From Candidatus Dormiibacterota bacterium (GTDB lineage Bacteria > Chloroflexota > Dormibacteria > Aeolococcales > Aeolococcaceae): a stretch of DNA of 52,973 bases. The DNA lies in assembly GCA_003136295.1 (NCBI GenBank), contig PLDZ01000232.1, positions 1-52,973 on the forward strand. Reading direction: 5' to 3'. This document shows positions 19,821 to 30,998 of the stretch, piece by piece. The position numbers and the translations under genes were made by a program. Position 1 is the stretch's first letter. Every line of letters starts with the position of its first letter. The notes beneath the pieces are model-generated. The model was not told the origin of the DNA and made no database searches. It worked only from the letters and a program-made list of their open reading frames with translations.

Positions 19821-20362
19821 CGTACACGAAGATGTCGACGGCGCCAGCGAGTGAGCTCAATCTCAATTCGGAGTACATCAGGCGTGATCAACTCAGGCTG
19901 CCTGATCGACTTCTCGCCATTCTCAATGCAATGGATCAGCGTGTACCGGGGGTTCCGATCACGCGCTACGAGCATTCACTGCAATCGGCAACCCGGGCAT
20001 TTCGCTCCGGGAACGACGAGGAGTACGTCGTCGCCGCGCTGTTTCACGATATCGGTGATGATCTCGCCCCCTACTACCACGGCGAGTATTGCGCCGCCAT
20101 CCTCCGCCCCTACGTTTCAGAGAAGCTGTGCTGGATCGTCGAGACACACGCAACCTTCCAGCTCTTCCACTACGGGCATAAGGTTGGCCTCGATCGCAAT
20201 GCCCGGGATCAGTACCGGGATCATCCGTGGTATGCCGACGCGGTGGAGTTCTGCGCCAAGTACGATCAGAACTGCTTCGACGCAGAGTACGAGTCACTCC
20301 CGCTGGAGTTCTTCGAGCCGATGGTGCGACGGGTCTTCGCCGAACCGACCTACGTCCAATAG
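19817..20362 (+). CDS. HD-domain protein, PhnZ/TmpB-like (possible diiron oxygenase)
   Basis: The ATG overlaps the SBP stop (ATGA). Motif order YEHSLQSATRA..GNDEEYVVAALFHDIGD..IVETH matches the PhnZ-type HD layout as I recall it. Confidence 0.6.
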   Translation: MTYTKMSTAPASELNLNSEYIRRDQLRLPDRLLAILNAMDQRVPGVPITRYEHSLQSATRAFRSGNDEEYVVAALFHDIGDDLAPYYHGEYCAAILRPYVSEKLCWIVETHATFQLFHYGHKVGLDRNARDQYRDHPWYADAVEFCAKYDQNCFDAEYESLPLEFFEPMVRRVFAEPTYVQ

Positions 20363-20498
20363 GCACGGCGCAGAGGCAAGGCGTGCCCAAGGGGTTCGGG
20401 AACCACGTCACGTTCCCTTGTTTCCTTCCGGTCGGAGGAGCCGCTTGTCAGCCCTTCCTCTATCACCGGTCCGATGACACCAGCGGCAAGCGGTTGCG

Positions 20499-21473
20499 AT
20501 GACCACTGCGAGCCGCATCAGCAGCCGGATCGGCCAGACGGTCCTGACGCTGTTCATCGTCGTGACCTTCAACTTCTGGTTGTTTCGACTGCTGCCTGGT
20601 AACTTCACGCAACTCCTCTCCAGAGCAGGGGCCCTCGACCCGGCGGCAGTGGCCAGCCTGAAGCAGTCGTTTGGATTGGACAAGAGCCCCGTTGAGCAGT
20701 ACGTCCTCTACATCAAGAATCTGGTGACCTTTAACTGGGGTACGTCGTACGTGAGCCACCAGCCTGTGTTTCAGATGGTCTTCCAGGCTCTCGTCAACAC
20801 GATCGTTTTGATTACGGTTGCCTACATTCTGACGGTGATCATCGGCGTCGCATTGGGCGTGTTCGCCGGACGGAGAGCAGGACGCCTAGCCGACTCGGTC
20901 ACCGTCACTACCTCGCTGGCGCTCTGGAGCGTACCCACCTTCTGGCTGGGTCTCGTCCTGGTGTTCATCTTCAGCGTGTGGTTCGTCGGACTGCCTGTAT
21001 CTGGAATGACCACTTACGCAGCAACCTACAGCACGCCCTTTGATCAGGTCGTCGATATCGGCTTACATCTCATCCTTCCGACCATCACGTTGGTGATCAG
21101 CAGCATCGCGCAGTACACGCTGATCATGCGCAACTCGCTGGTCACTGTCCTTGACGAGGACTACGTAACCACGGCTCGGGCGAAAGGCCTTTCCAGTCGG
21201 AGGGTTCTTTGGCGCCATGCCGTACCCAATGCTCTCCTGCCCACATTCACGCTCACCTGGCTCAACATTGGCATCTTTCTCTCAACGACGCTTCAAGTCG
21301 AGGTCGTGTTCTCTTGGCCCGGCCTCGGCTCCCTGATCTTCCAGTCCGTGAACCAACGAGACTACCCGGTGCTCGAAGTCTCATTCCTGACCATCGCTGT
21401 GGTGGTCATCGCCGCGAATCTTCTCAATGACCTCCTATACCCGTTGCTCGACCCGAGGATTGCGCGCCGATGA
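20499..21473 (+). CDS. ABC transporter permease (DppB/OppB-like)
   Basis: Six hydrophobic segments and the EAA-type loop TARAKGLSSRRVLWRHAVPNAL. Confidence 0.9.
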   Translation: MTTASRISSRIGQTVLTLFIVVTFNFWLFRLLPGNFTQLLSRAGALDPAAVASLKQSFGLDKSPVEQYVLYIKNLVTFNWGTSYVSHQPVFQMVFQALVNTIVLITVAYILTVIIGVALGVFAGRRAGRLADSVTVTTSLALWSVPTFWLGLVLVFIFSVWFVGLPVSGMTTYAATYSTPFDQVVDIGLHLILPTITLVISSIAQYTLIMRNSLVTVLDEDYVTTARAKGLSSRRVLWRHAVPNALLPTFTLTWLNIGIFLSTTLQVEVVFSWPGLGSLIFQSVNQRDYPVLEVSFLTIAVVVIAANLLNDLLYPLLDPRIARR

Positions 21474-22375
21474 CGACCGTCGTGCTGTCGCAGCCACCGG
21501 GGCCGGTAACCGGGGAACAGACTCCGGCCGTCGAGCGCGGCACCTTGGCCCGACTGGCTCGTCGGAGGATGGTCCAGATCGGCGTCGGCGGCTTGGGCTT
21601 ATTCGTCGTCCTGGCGATCGCGGGACAACTGCTCACGGTCAATGGCATTGCCACGGGCTCGACGGCCGCCTCCATTTTCAACCCTCCGTCGCTGCAGCAT
21701 CTCATGGGTACCGACGAACTCGGTCGCGATGTGTTGACCGAGCTATCCGCAGGCGCGCTGGTTTCTCTGATTGTTGGCATCGCAGCCACCGCAATCGCGG
21801 TCGTGGTCGGAACGCTGGTCGGCTTACTCGCCGGCTTCTTCCGGGGCTGGCTAGAAGTGGTACTGATGCGTTTCACCGACGCCATGCTGACGGTCCCCTC
21901 GCTTCCGCTCATCATCGTCCTCGCGGCGGTGGTGGGCCAGGGTCTCGGGCAGATCGTGCTGGTCATCGGTCTCACCAGCTGGGCCGGGATGGCGAGGCTG
22001 ATCCGTTCCGAGGTCCTGAGTCTGAGAGAGCGGGCATTCGTGCTGCGCGCACGGTCTGTTGGTGTCCCACCGCTGCGGATCATGCGGGTCCACCTCCTGC
22101 CCCAGATCCTGCCTCTCGTGATTGCAAATACGGTCCTGATCTCAGCTGCTGCAATCCTCGCCGAGGCAACGCTGAGCTTCCTCGGCCTCGGCGTGCACAC
22201 GAGGCCGTCATGGGGACTCATGCTCAACAACGCCTTCAAGTCCGGCGCTGCCGGACGCGGGGCGTTCTGGTATGTCCTGCCCCCTGGCTTGTGCATCGCA
22301 ATCCTCGTCCTGTCCCTCTCATTCATTGGACACGCCATCAACGAAGAGCTGAGTCCGAGGCGCCAACGCCAGTGA
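21470..22375 (+). CDS. ABC transporter permease (DppC/OppC-like)
   Basis: The motif HLMGTDELGRDV and the loop RARSVGVPPLRIMRVHLLPQILP are present. It has a 4-nt overlap with the upstream permease. Confidence 0.9.
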   Translation: MTTVVLSQPPGPVTGEQTPAVERGTLARLARRRMVQIGVGGLGLFVVLAIAGQLLTVNGIATGSTAASIFNPPSLQHLMGTDELGRDVLTELSAGALVSLIVGIAATAIAVVVGTLVGLLAGFFRGWLEVVLMRFTDAMLTVPSLPLIIVLAAVVGQGLGQIVLVIGLTSWAGMARLIRSEVLSLRERAFVLRARSVGVPPLRIMRVHLLPQILPLVIANTVLISAAAILAEATLSFLGLGVHTRPSWGLMLNNAFKSGAAGRGAFWYVLPPGLCIAILVLSLSFIGHAINEELSPRRQRQ

Positions 22376-23334
22376 GTCTCCTCGCGGTCACGGATCTCAG
22401 CATCGACTACGCGCAGCTCGGAGGCGCAACTCGCGCCGTCACCTCAGCGTCATTCTCCATGGGTACGGGCTCGTCGATCGGCCTGGTTGGCGAGTCGGGG
22501 TCAGGAAAGACGACCCTTGCTTTGAGCCTCCTCGGCCTCCTTCCCGCCAACGGCCGGGTTGCTTCGGGTGAGATCCACTATGCAGACGAGAGCGTTTCTC
22601 AATACTCCGAGACTCAGTGGCGCAGGCTTCGCTGGACCAAGGCCGCTCTCGTCTTCCAGGGCGGGATGAACGCCCTGAATCCGGTCAGACGTATCGTTGA
22701 CCAGATCGTCGAGCCAATGCTGGTACATGGAACCGAAACCACGAAGCAGGCTGCGACTCAACGAGCGATCGAGCTTCTCGCAAGGGTTGGCATTCCAGCC
22801 TCGCGGGCTCGCGACTTCCCTCACGAATACTCCGGGGGAATGCGTCAGCGCGCCGGCATCGCCATGGCGCTCGCCTGCAAGCCCCAGCTTCTGATCGCCG
22901 ACGAGCCTGCCACCGCGATCGACGTCGTTGTCCAGGCACAGATCATCCGGCTCCTGGCGGAGTTGCGGGAATCACTTGGTCTCGCCCTCCTGATCATCAC
23001 GCACGATCTGGGTGTCGTGGCTCAATTGTGTGACGACGTCATCGTCATGTACGCCAGTGAGATCGTCGAGTCGGCATCTGTGCGGGGCATTTTCCACAAT
23101 CCGAAGCATCCGTACACCAAACAACTACTGGAGTCGGTTCCTCGCTTCTCCGGCCTGCGCGGCGTCGGCGCGGGGATCTCTGGGCAGCCCCCGTCTTTGA
23201 CCAACCCACCAACCGGCTGCCGCTTTCATCCACGCTGCCCCAGCGTGTTCTCCCCGTGTGCAACAGAGCATCCGCCCGCGAGTCGCCTCGCCGAGAAGCA
23301 TGTGGTGGCTTGCCACCTGTACGGCCATGACTGA
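22372..23334 (+). CDS. ABC transporter ATP-binding protein (DppD-like)
   Basis: The GTG at 22372 overlaps the permease stop (GTGA). Walker A GESGSGKTT, signature YSGGMRQR, Walker B LLIADEP and the oligopeptide C-terminal HPYTKQLL are present. Confidence 0.9.
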   Translation: MSLLAVTDLSIDYAQLGGATRAVTSASFSMGTGSSIGLVGESGSGKTTLALSLLGLLPANGRVASGEIHYADESVSQYSETQWRRLRWTKAALVFQGGMNALNPVRRIVDQIVEPMLVHGTETTKQAATQRAIELLARVGIPASRARDFPHEYSGGMRQRAGIAMALACKPQLLIADEPATAIDVVVQAQIIRLLAELRESLGLALLIITHDLGVVAQLCDDVIVMYASEIVESASVRGIFHNPKHPYTKQLLESVPRFSGLRGVGAGISGQPPSLTNPPTGCRFHPRCPSVFSPCATEHPPASRLAEKHVVACHLYGHD

Positions 23335-24409
23335 CGCTCTTGTCGCCATCCGAGGACTAGAGGTGGTGTTTGCGCGGGTCCGTTCCAGCGCTGATGGCGC
23401 GTCGAGTGTCTCAGCGGTCGCGGGTATCGACCTCGACATTCTCCGAGGCGAGACGCTCTGCTTGGTTGGTGAGTCGGGATCTGGGAAGACGACCACCGCG
23501 CGCGCAATCGGCCGCCTCGTCGCTCCTACCGCAGGGTCGATCCGCATTGATGATATCGACATCGCCAAGCTCCGAGGCACGCGGTTGCGTGATTTTCGCC
23601 GCCGCGTTCAGTTCGTGTTTCAGGATCCGTTCGAGTCACTGAACCCGCGGCAGCGAATCGGCGACATCGTGGCGGAGCCGCTGGTGGTGCATCAGGTATT
23701 GAGAACGAAGTCCGAGATCCAGGATCGTGTCTGGAAAAGCCTCGAGGAGTGCGGCTTGACGCCCGGCCGCGACTACGCGCGGAGATACCCACATGAGCTC
23801 TCCGGGGGGCAGCGGCAGCGTGTGTGCATTGCCACGGCGGCTATACTCGAGCCCGAACTGCTGATAGCCGACGAGCCGGTATCCATGCTCGATGTCTCTG
23901 TGAGGTCGGGCATCATCCGCCTCCTGTTGAGCCTTCGAAAGGTTCACCAGATGACCCTGCTGTTCGTCACGCACGATCTGTCGCTTGCGTGGGCTATCGG
24001 GGACCGGGTAGCGGTCATGTATGCGGGGCGACTGATGGAGCTTGGGTCAGCCGAACAGGTGATCACCGAACCAAAGCATCCCTATACCAGCGCGCTCGTG
24101 ACCGCCATCCCAGAGGCTGATCCAGACTTGCCCCTGCGCCCGATGAATCTCGTGGGAGAAGGCGCATCCTCAACTTCCATAACAGGCTGCTGTTTCCGAT
24201 TGCGATGCCCCTATGCGCAAGAAGTGTGCGCCACCTCAGTGCCACCGCTGGCGGACACAGGTCACGGTCACCTGACTGCTTGCGTCCGCCACGCGGAGAT
24301 CAGTAGTGGCCTGCCGACGATCGTGATGGGGACAACGGCAGCAGAACCACTCGCGTCCGAACCTGGCGACTCTGATCGGATGACAGCATCCGACACAACC
24401 ACCCGCTGA
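23327..24409 (+). CDS. ABC transporter ATP-binding protein (DppF-like)
   Basis: Walker A GESGSGKTT, signature LSGGQRQR, Walker B LLIADEP and HPYTSAL are present. The ATG at 23327 overlaps the upstream gene by 8 nt. Confidence 0.9.
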   Translation: MTDALVAIRGLEVVFARVRSSADGASSVSAVAGIDLDILRGETLCLVGESGSGKTTTARAIGRLVAPTAGSIRIDDIDIAKLRGTRLRDFRRRVQFVFQDPFESLNPRQRIGDIVAEPLVVHQVLRTKSEIQDRVWKSLEECGLTPGRDYARRYPHELSGGQRQRVCIATAAILEPELLIADEPVSMLDVSVRSGIIRLLLSLRKVHQMTLLFVTHDLSLAWAIGDRVAVMYAGRLMELGSAEQVITEPKHPYTSALVTAIPEADPDLPLRPMNLVGEGASSTSITGCCFRLRCPYAQEVCATSVPPLADTGHGHLTACVRHAEISSGLPTIVMGTTAAEPLASEPGDSDRMTASDTTTR

Positions 24410-24422
24410 GAGGAGACGAGCA

Positions 24423-25445
24423 TTGGATACGCCTGTCATCACGACCATCGACATCGACTCACCGGGACGGCATTTTGGGCTACTCCGGGTTCCGCGTTCG
24501 ACGAACGAGGGTGGCTGGTCCAGCCTTGACGTGCCTGTCGCCTCATTCATCAACGGAGCCGGACCCACCGCCCTTGTCATGGGTGGCAACCACGGCGATG
24601 AGCCCGAGGGAATGATCGCCTGCTATGACCTCATACACCGCATCCATCTCGGCGATGTCCGAGGCCGACTGATCGTGATCCCCTGTCTATCCCCAGATGC
24701 CGCTCGTGGTAACAGCCGCTTGTGGCCCTCGGGTGCGAACTTCAATCGGTCCTTTCCAGGCTCCGCGACCGGCGACACCAACGAGCAGCTCGCTGACTAC
24801 CTGAGTCGCTACCTCATTCCAATAGCCGATACGGTCGTCGACATGCACGCCGGCGGTAGATCTGGCGTCTGCCTTCCGTGGTCCGAAATGCACCCAGTCG
24901 ACGACCCCGATCAACGCAAGAGAATGGTCGAGGCGATGCTCGCGTGGAACTCCGACTGGCATTTCATCTATATCGACATCGCCGGTAGTGGCCTGCTTGC
25001 CGGCGAGGCCGAACGGCAGGGCAAGACTCATGTCAGCACCGAACTCAGAGGTGGTGGCACCATCCTCCGGGACAGTCTTGACATCGCTCGCGACGGTCTC
25101 ATGAACGTCCTGAGGCAGCAGGGAGTGCTGCGCGGCGAGGTCGCGAAGCGGGCTTCTTTAGGCAAGCCGCCGCCGACCATCCTTCGAGCGATCGATCGGG
25201 CCGACTATCTGCAAGCGCCCGAGTCGGGCTACTTCGAGCCTTTGGTCGCTCTCGGCGAGCGCGTCAATGAGGGTCAGCGCGTCGGGCTGATCCACTTCCT
25301 CGAGCGTCCAGATCGCACACCCGAACCCATCATCGCCCAGACGAGTGGCCTCGCCTGCAGCCACCGTGCGATATTCCGCACCGAACAGGGCGATTGCGTG
25401 GTTGTGGTGGGCCAACCGGTGACCCTCGAGGAGGCGTTGTCGTGA
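24423..25445 (+). CDS. succinylglutamate desuccinylase/aspartoacylase (AstE/AspA, DoeB-like) family zinc deacylase
   Basis: Motifs GGNHGDEPEG and DMHAGG are present. The TTG start is preceded by AGGAG. Confidence 0.75.
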   Translation: MDTPVITTIDIDSPGRHFGLLRVPRSTNEGGWSSLDVPVASFINGAGPTALVMGGNHGDEPEGMIACYDLIHRIHLGDVRGRLIVIPCLSPDAARGNSRLWPSGANFNRSFPGSATGDTNEQLADYLSRYLIPIADTVVDMHAGGRSGVCLPWSEMHPVDDPDQRKRMVEAMLAWNSDWHFIYIDIAGSGLLAGEAERQGKTHVSTELRGGGTILRDSLDIARDGLMNVLRQQGVLRGEVAKRASLGKPPPTILRAIDRADYLQAPESGYFEPLVALGERVNEGQRVGLIHFLERPDRTPEPIIAQTSGLACSHRAIFRTEQGDCVVVVGQPVTLEEALS

Positions 25446-25524
25446 AAGGGTGCAGAACGACATCCTTGCGCGGTCCGCAGCCGTTGGCAACGTCTAGCTC
25501 CGCCCAAAGCGTCGGAGTCGCGAG

Positions 25525-26820
<1,296 letters not shown>

Positions 26821-26926
26821 ACCACACAACTACCGACACGCAAGACGGCGCTCCGCTTCTCAACTCCACCACATGCTGCACCGATTTCGCCCGGCAGCTT
26901 TCTACCACTAAGTTCAGGACCAGTTC

Positions 26927-28048
26927 ATGAAGATTACCGAAGTCAGAGTCATTCATCTCCGACTGCCAGTCGTCAACGATCGCGCTGACGCCACCCAGGA
27001 TGCGCTCATCGTCAAGGTGGAGACCGACGCGGGGATTACGGGCATCGGCCAGGTTGACGCAAGCCCCATCGCTTGCATGGGTGCCATCGTGGCGCCCATG
27101 TCGTGGACCCTGGCGCGAGGCTTACGCGAGTGTGTGTTGGGTGAGGATCCGATGGAGCGGGAGAGGCTCTGGCATCGGATGTACGAAGGCAGCATCTACT
27201 ATGGTCGCCGCGGCGTTGCCATCGAGGCAATGAGTGGCATCGATCTGGCCCTCTGGGACATCGCGGGCAAGGCACTCAACGTGCCAGCCTACAAGTTGGC
27301 GGGTGGCGGTTTTCACAAGCGCATACGCGCGTACTCGAGCTTCCTCTGGGGAGACACACCCGAGGAGTCGGCTCAGGCTGCGAGCCAATTCATCGCTCAA
27401 GGGTTTACAGCGTGCAAGTTCGGCTGGAACAACTGGGGCAAGGATTGGGCCCGCGACGAGGCACAGCTGGCGGCAGTTCGCGAAGCGGTCGGGCCGTCCG
27501 TCGACATCATGGTCGATGCCGGGCTGGGATACCCAGACGCCAAGAGTGCGATTCAGATGGCGCGCCGCCTCGAGAAGTACAACCCATACTGGTTCGAGGA
27601 GCCGTTGCGACCGGACGACTACGACGGCTACGCCAAGATCGCCACGGCGACCTCGCTGAGAGTTGCGGCCGGGGAGGAGGAGACCAGCCGCCTGTCCTAT
27701 CTCGATCTCATGGACCGGGGCAATGTGGATGTCGTGCAGCTCGATGTGTGTCGCGTCGGCGGTCTCACCGAGGCGCTGAAGATCGGCTGGCTCGCTTACG
27801 ACCGCGGCCGGCTGGTGATCAATCACTCATACAGTACCGACATCAATCACGCGGCCGCACTCCATTTCCTCGCCTGCATGCCGCACACGCAGGTACTCGA
27901 GTTCTGCGTGGAGCCCAGTCCGTTGCTGACTGAGCTGGTGCGCAACCCGCTGAAGGCGGTCGACGGGTACGTCGCCGTGCCAGAAGAACCTGGCCTGGGG
28001 ATCGAGCTCAATGAGAGCGTTGTCGAGCGCTACCGGGTTCCCGCCTGA
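26927..28048 (+). CDS. enolase-superfamily enzyme (mandelate racemase/muconate lactonizing family)
   Basis: N-terminal capping domain (MKITEVRVIHLRLP..) and metal-ligand stretches (VDAGLGY, WFEEP, VQLDVCRVGG). Confidence 0.85.
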   Translation: MKITEVRVIHLRLPVVNDRADATQDALIVKVETDAGITGIGQVDASPIACMGAIVAPMSWTLARGLRECVLGEDPMERERLWHRMYEGSIYYGRRGVAIEAMSGIDLALWDIAGKALNVPAYKLAGGGFHKRIRAYSSFLWGDTPEESAQAASQFIAQGFTACKFGWNNWGKDWARDEAQLAAVREAVGPSVDIMVDAGLGYPDAKSAIQMARRLEKYNPYWFEEPLRPDDYDGYAKIATATSLRVAAGEEETSRLSYLDLMDRGNVDVVQLDVCRVGGLTEALKIGWLAYDRGRLVINHSYSTDINHAAALHFLACMPHTQVLEFCVEPSPLLTELVRNPLKAVDGYVAVPEEPGLGIELNESVVERYRVPA

Positions 28049-28089
28049 CGAGAGCACAGAGAACCCGTGACCGCAGGCGACCTACGGCT

Positions 28090-30489
28090 TCATAAACTCA
28101 ACGCTGCGAGTGCTGCATTGACGATATGGCCTGGCAACAGATCGTGCAATCCGTACAACTCGTGCACCGAGCCCGATTGACCAAACTGGTCGACGCCCAA
28201 GGGCACACAGGGCACACGCAGCGCTGACCCAAGCCACGCCATGGCATGGGAAGAGGCGTCGTGGACTGTGACTATCGGGGCGCGTTCTGTGGGAAATGCC
28301 GCTCGAAGTGCCGCCGCCTCCGATGGCGTCGAAGCTGTGCGCACGCCGCGCCGCAAGGTTCGTTGCCAGGCAGAATAAAGGCGGTCCAAGCTCGTCACAT
28401 CGATGACGTGTGCCGCAACACCCTCGTCCTTCAGTTCCGACGCGGCCGCAAGTACCTCAGGCATCACCGCTCCGGACGCGACGAGACTGACGGTCGGTGC
28501 TCCCGAATTCGCGAGAGACGACGCATCCACCAGTCGATACGCCCCTGCCAGAACCATCGGCCGGAGCAGCGCGTCGCCAACCCTCTTTCTCGCGTCACCA
28601 AAGGGCCGCTGATCCAGCGGTCGGGTGCTCAACCTGAAGTAGTACGCACCGATTTCTGGCGACGCCGCAGCCGCATCATTGGGGGCGGCGATCCGCGCAA
28701 GGGCATCACAGAGGAGCCAGTCCAACGCCTCCGCGTAGCACGGCTCGATGAATGTTGTATTGGGAAGTTCGAGTCCGATTGAGGGGGTGATGATGGATTG
28801 ATGCGCACCCCCCTCAGGCGCAAGCGTCACACCCGAAGGTGTCCCCGCGATAACAAAGCGCGCACCCGAATACACCGCATGAATGAAGGCGTCGAGGCCT
28901 CGGCAGACAAACGGGTCGTAGACGGTGCCGACGGGCAAGAGCGGCTGTCCAGACAGATCCCACGCCAAACCCAACTGGCCCAACAGGATGAACAGATTCA
29001 TCTCGGAGATGCCTAGTTCAATGTGCTGCCCCGTTGGGTTCTGTACCCACTTCAGGAGCGCGTCCGGGTTCCAAACCCGCTGATCAGTGGACGCAAAGAC
29101 CCCTGTGCGGTTAATGAATCCAGCGAGATTCGTCGACGTCGCCACATCGGGCGCTGTGGTCACGAGATATCGGTTGACATCGGGTACTCGCGATAACTCG
29201 ACAAGGACCTGGCCGAACGTCTCTTGCGTCGACATTGGCCTCGATCCCCTGATGCCGCTGGCCTGCGGAATAGTGACCTCGAGCGCCGGAGAACGAGGCG
29301 CGCGTGCGAGACGATCCGAACGCTGGTCCACCAGCTTTCCGACCGGGCTGGATGGTTCGAAGCGACTCCACTCGGACTCCTTCGTCAGTCCAACCTTGTC
29401 GCGAAGTGCGTCAATCTGCGCCGTCGTCAACAACGCCGAGTGGTTGCGAGGGTTTCCGGCAAGAGGAAGTCCCCACCCCTTGATCGTGTAGGCAAACACC
29501 ACGCTGGGTCGATCGGTGACCGAATCGCATTCCTCGAACGCTTGAAGAAGCGCCGCAAGGTCGTGGCCACCGAGGTCGTAGATCAGCGCGGCGAGCTCGC
29601 GGTCATCGATTCCAGAGAGCCAGGCGTGCACCTCCGGCGGCGCGCCCTCGATGAATCGAGCGCGGAGTTCCGCACCTTCGAGGCCGAACATCGATTGGTA
29701 GTGCTCATTCGACATCCGATCGATCCAGAGCCGAAGCGCCTCCCCATGAGGCAGGGTGAACTGCGTGCGCAATCGATGCCCGTACTTGACCTCGCAGACG
29801 TGCCAGCCGGCGGCCTCGAACTGTTGCTCCCACTGATGAGCACGCACTCCAGGGATCACGCGGTCCAGGGACTGGCGATTGAAGTCGATGATCCAGAGAA
29901 CGTTTCCTAGCCCCTGGGTGGCCGGATCGGCAATCGCCTCCCAGATGTTTCCCTCATCGAGCTCAGCGTCGCCGATGAGGGCGATGAACCGAGATCGTGG
30001 CCGCTCTCCGAAATGTGCGTCCACGTATCGGCGCGTCACAGCTGCGAACAGCGGAGCCGCAGCGCCCAGACCGACTGAGCCGGTTGAGAAATCGACGTAG
30101 AGGCTGTCTGGGTCTTTGGTTCGGCTCGGATACGCCTGGAGTCCCCCCAGGGCACGAAGCATCCTGAGTTGGAGCTCGTCGAGGTTGCCAAGCAGGTATT
30201 GGATTGCGTGGAACGCAGGCGATGCGTGTGGCTTGACACTGACCCGATCCTCAGGGTTCAGATGAGCAAACCACAGGGCGGTCATCACGGTCACCAGCGA
30301 GGCACTCGACGCTTGGTGTCCACCGACTTTGACGCCATCCCCGGCGTCGCGGTCGTGATTGGCGCTGTCGATCATCCGGGTCGCCAGCCACAGTACACGC
30401 TGCTGGATCTCGTCCAACCGGGCTAGATCCGCTGATTCGTGCTCGGTAGGACGGCTGGTTAGCGGGCTGGCGCTACGTGGTGGAGGCAT
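28090..30489 (-). CDS. thiamine-diphosphate enzyme resembling homodimeric-type pyruvate dehydrogenase E1 / transketolase-like
   Basis: The motif VGGHQASSASLV and the ThDP-binding motif IGDAELDEGNIWEA..(x)..NRQSLD are present. A transketolase-like Pyr and C-terminal domain follows. At 799 aa it is shorter than E. coli AceE. Confidence 0.75.
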   Translation of the reverse strand: MPPPRSASPLTSRPTEHESADLARLDEIQQRVLWLATRMIDSANHDRDAGDGVKVGGHQASSASLVTVMTALWFAHLNPEDRVSVKPHASPAFHAIQYLLGNLDELQLRMLRALGGLQAYPSRTKDPDSLYVDFSTGSVGLGAAAPLFAAVTRRYVDAHFGERPRSRFIALIGDAELDEGNIWEAIADPATQGLGNVLWIIDFNRQSLDRVIPGVRAHQWEQQFEAAGWHVCEVKYGHRLRTQFTLPHGEALRLWIDRMSNEHYQSMFGLEGAELRARFIEGAPPEVHAWLSGIDDRELAALIYDLGGHDLAALLQAFEECDSVTDRPSVVFAYTIKGWGLPLAGNPRNHSALLTTAQIDALRDKVGLTKESEWSRFEPSSPVGKLVDQRSDRLARAPRSPALEVTIPQASGIRGSRPMSTQETFGQVLVELSRVPDVNRYLVTTAPDVATSTNLAGFINRTGVFASTDQRVWNPDALLKWVQNPTGQHIELGISEMNLFILLGQLGLAWDLSGQPLLPVGTVYDPFVCRGLDAFIHAVYSGARFVIAGTPSGVTLAPEGGAHQSIITPSIGLELPNTTFIEPCYAEALDWLLCDALARIAAPNDAAAASPEIGAYYFRLSTRPLDQRPFGDARKRVGDALLRPMVLAGAYRLVDASSLANSGAPTVSLVASGAVMPEVLAAASELKDEGVAAHVIDVTSLDRLYSAWQRTLRRGVRTASTPSEAAALRAAFPTERAPIVTVHDASSHAMAWLGSALRVPCVPLGVDQFGQSGSVHELYGLHDLLPGHIVNAALAALSL

Positions 30490-30536
30490 TACCTATAGTC
30501 ATCCGTTCTTCTGGTTTTCGCTCGTAGGCCTATTCT

Positions 30537-30552
30537 AGAGAATCGTTTTCAC
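30537..30552. promoter_or_regulatory. candidate LacI-type palindromic operator (plus strand AGAGAATCGTTTTCAC)
   Basis: Read in the gene direction it is GTGAAAACGATTCTCT, matching the 5764 site at 14 of 16 positions. It lies 48-63 nt upstream of the E1 ATG (30489). Confidence 0.45.
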
Positions 30553-30998
30553 GTTGTCTGTCCACCTGGAAGCCCACCGGCACATCGATGCGGTGGCCCC
30601 CCGTTACCGGACGTTCGCGCTCATCGCCCATCTGCGCGAAGCCCATGGCATGGCCGACGTTGCAGCGGAGCGGGCCGTTATCGCCCACTCCCTGCTCACA
30701 CAACACGACATCGCGCTGGCGTTCCCCGTGGCCGAAGATCGGGAGGCGCCCTGACATCCGTTCGTAGCGGAGGGGATCGGGCATGATGTGTCGTGCGACA
30801 TGCTGGGCTTAGATCTCACCCCTCCCGCGGGACGGCTCAGAACCTTCACTTGGCTCATCGAGGATTGAGTAATGCCAATTAGCCGTACCTCCCGTCGTGT
30901 ACCGGAATGAACTCGACGAAAGCAGCTGAGTCCACGTCCTGGCTTCCTACTATCTTCGTAAGATATGCAAGAGGCTCCAGTCGTCGCGAGGATAAGGA

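Noticed and set aside
21427-22371. N-terminal 315 codons of the 635-aa plus-strand ORF (and the 305-aa minus ORF 21424-22341)
   Set aside because: This part overlaps the DppC-like permease out of frame and is Arg/Gly-rich. The ABC ATPase domain starts only at GTG 22372, which is coupled to the permease stop.
28766-28780. 15-nt exact repeat AGTTCGAGTCCGATT, also at 34696-34710, resembling a tRNA T-arm (GTTCGAGTC)
   Set aside because: No complementary T-stem, acceptor stem or anticodon arm can be drawn around either copy. One or a few 15-mer matches are expected by chance in 53 kb on both strands. One copy lies inside the E1 coding region.
30530-30784. Small ORFs on both strands (66 aa plus, 84 aa minus) between the E1 gene and the island
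   Set aside because: They are mutually overlapping, show no motif or credible RBS, and overlap the operator/promoter region of the E1 gene. This could be a gene remnant, but it is not supportable.
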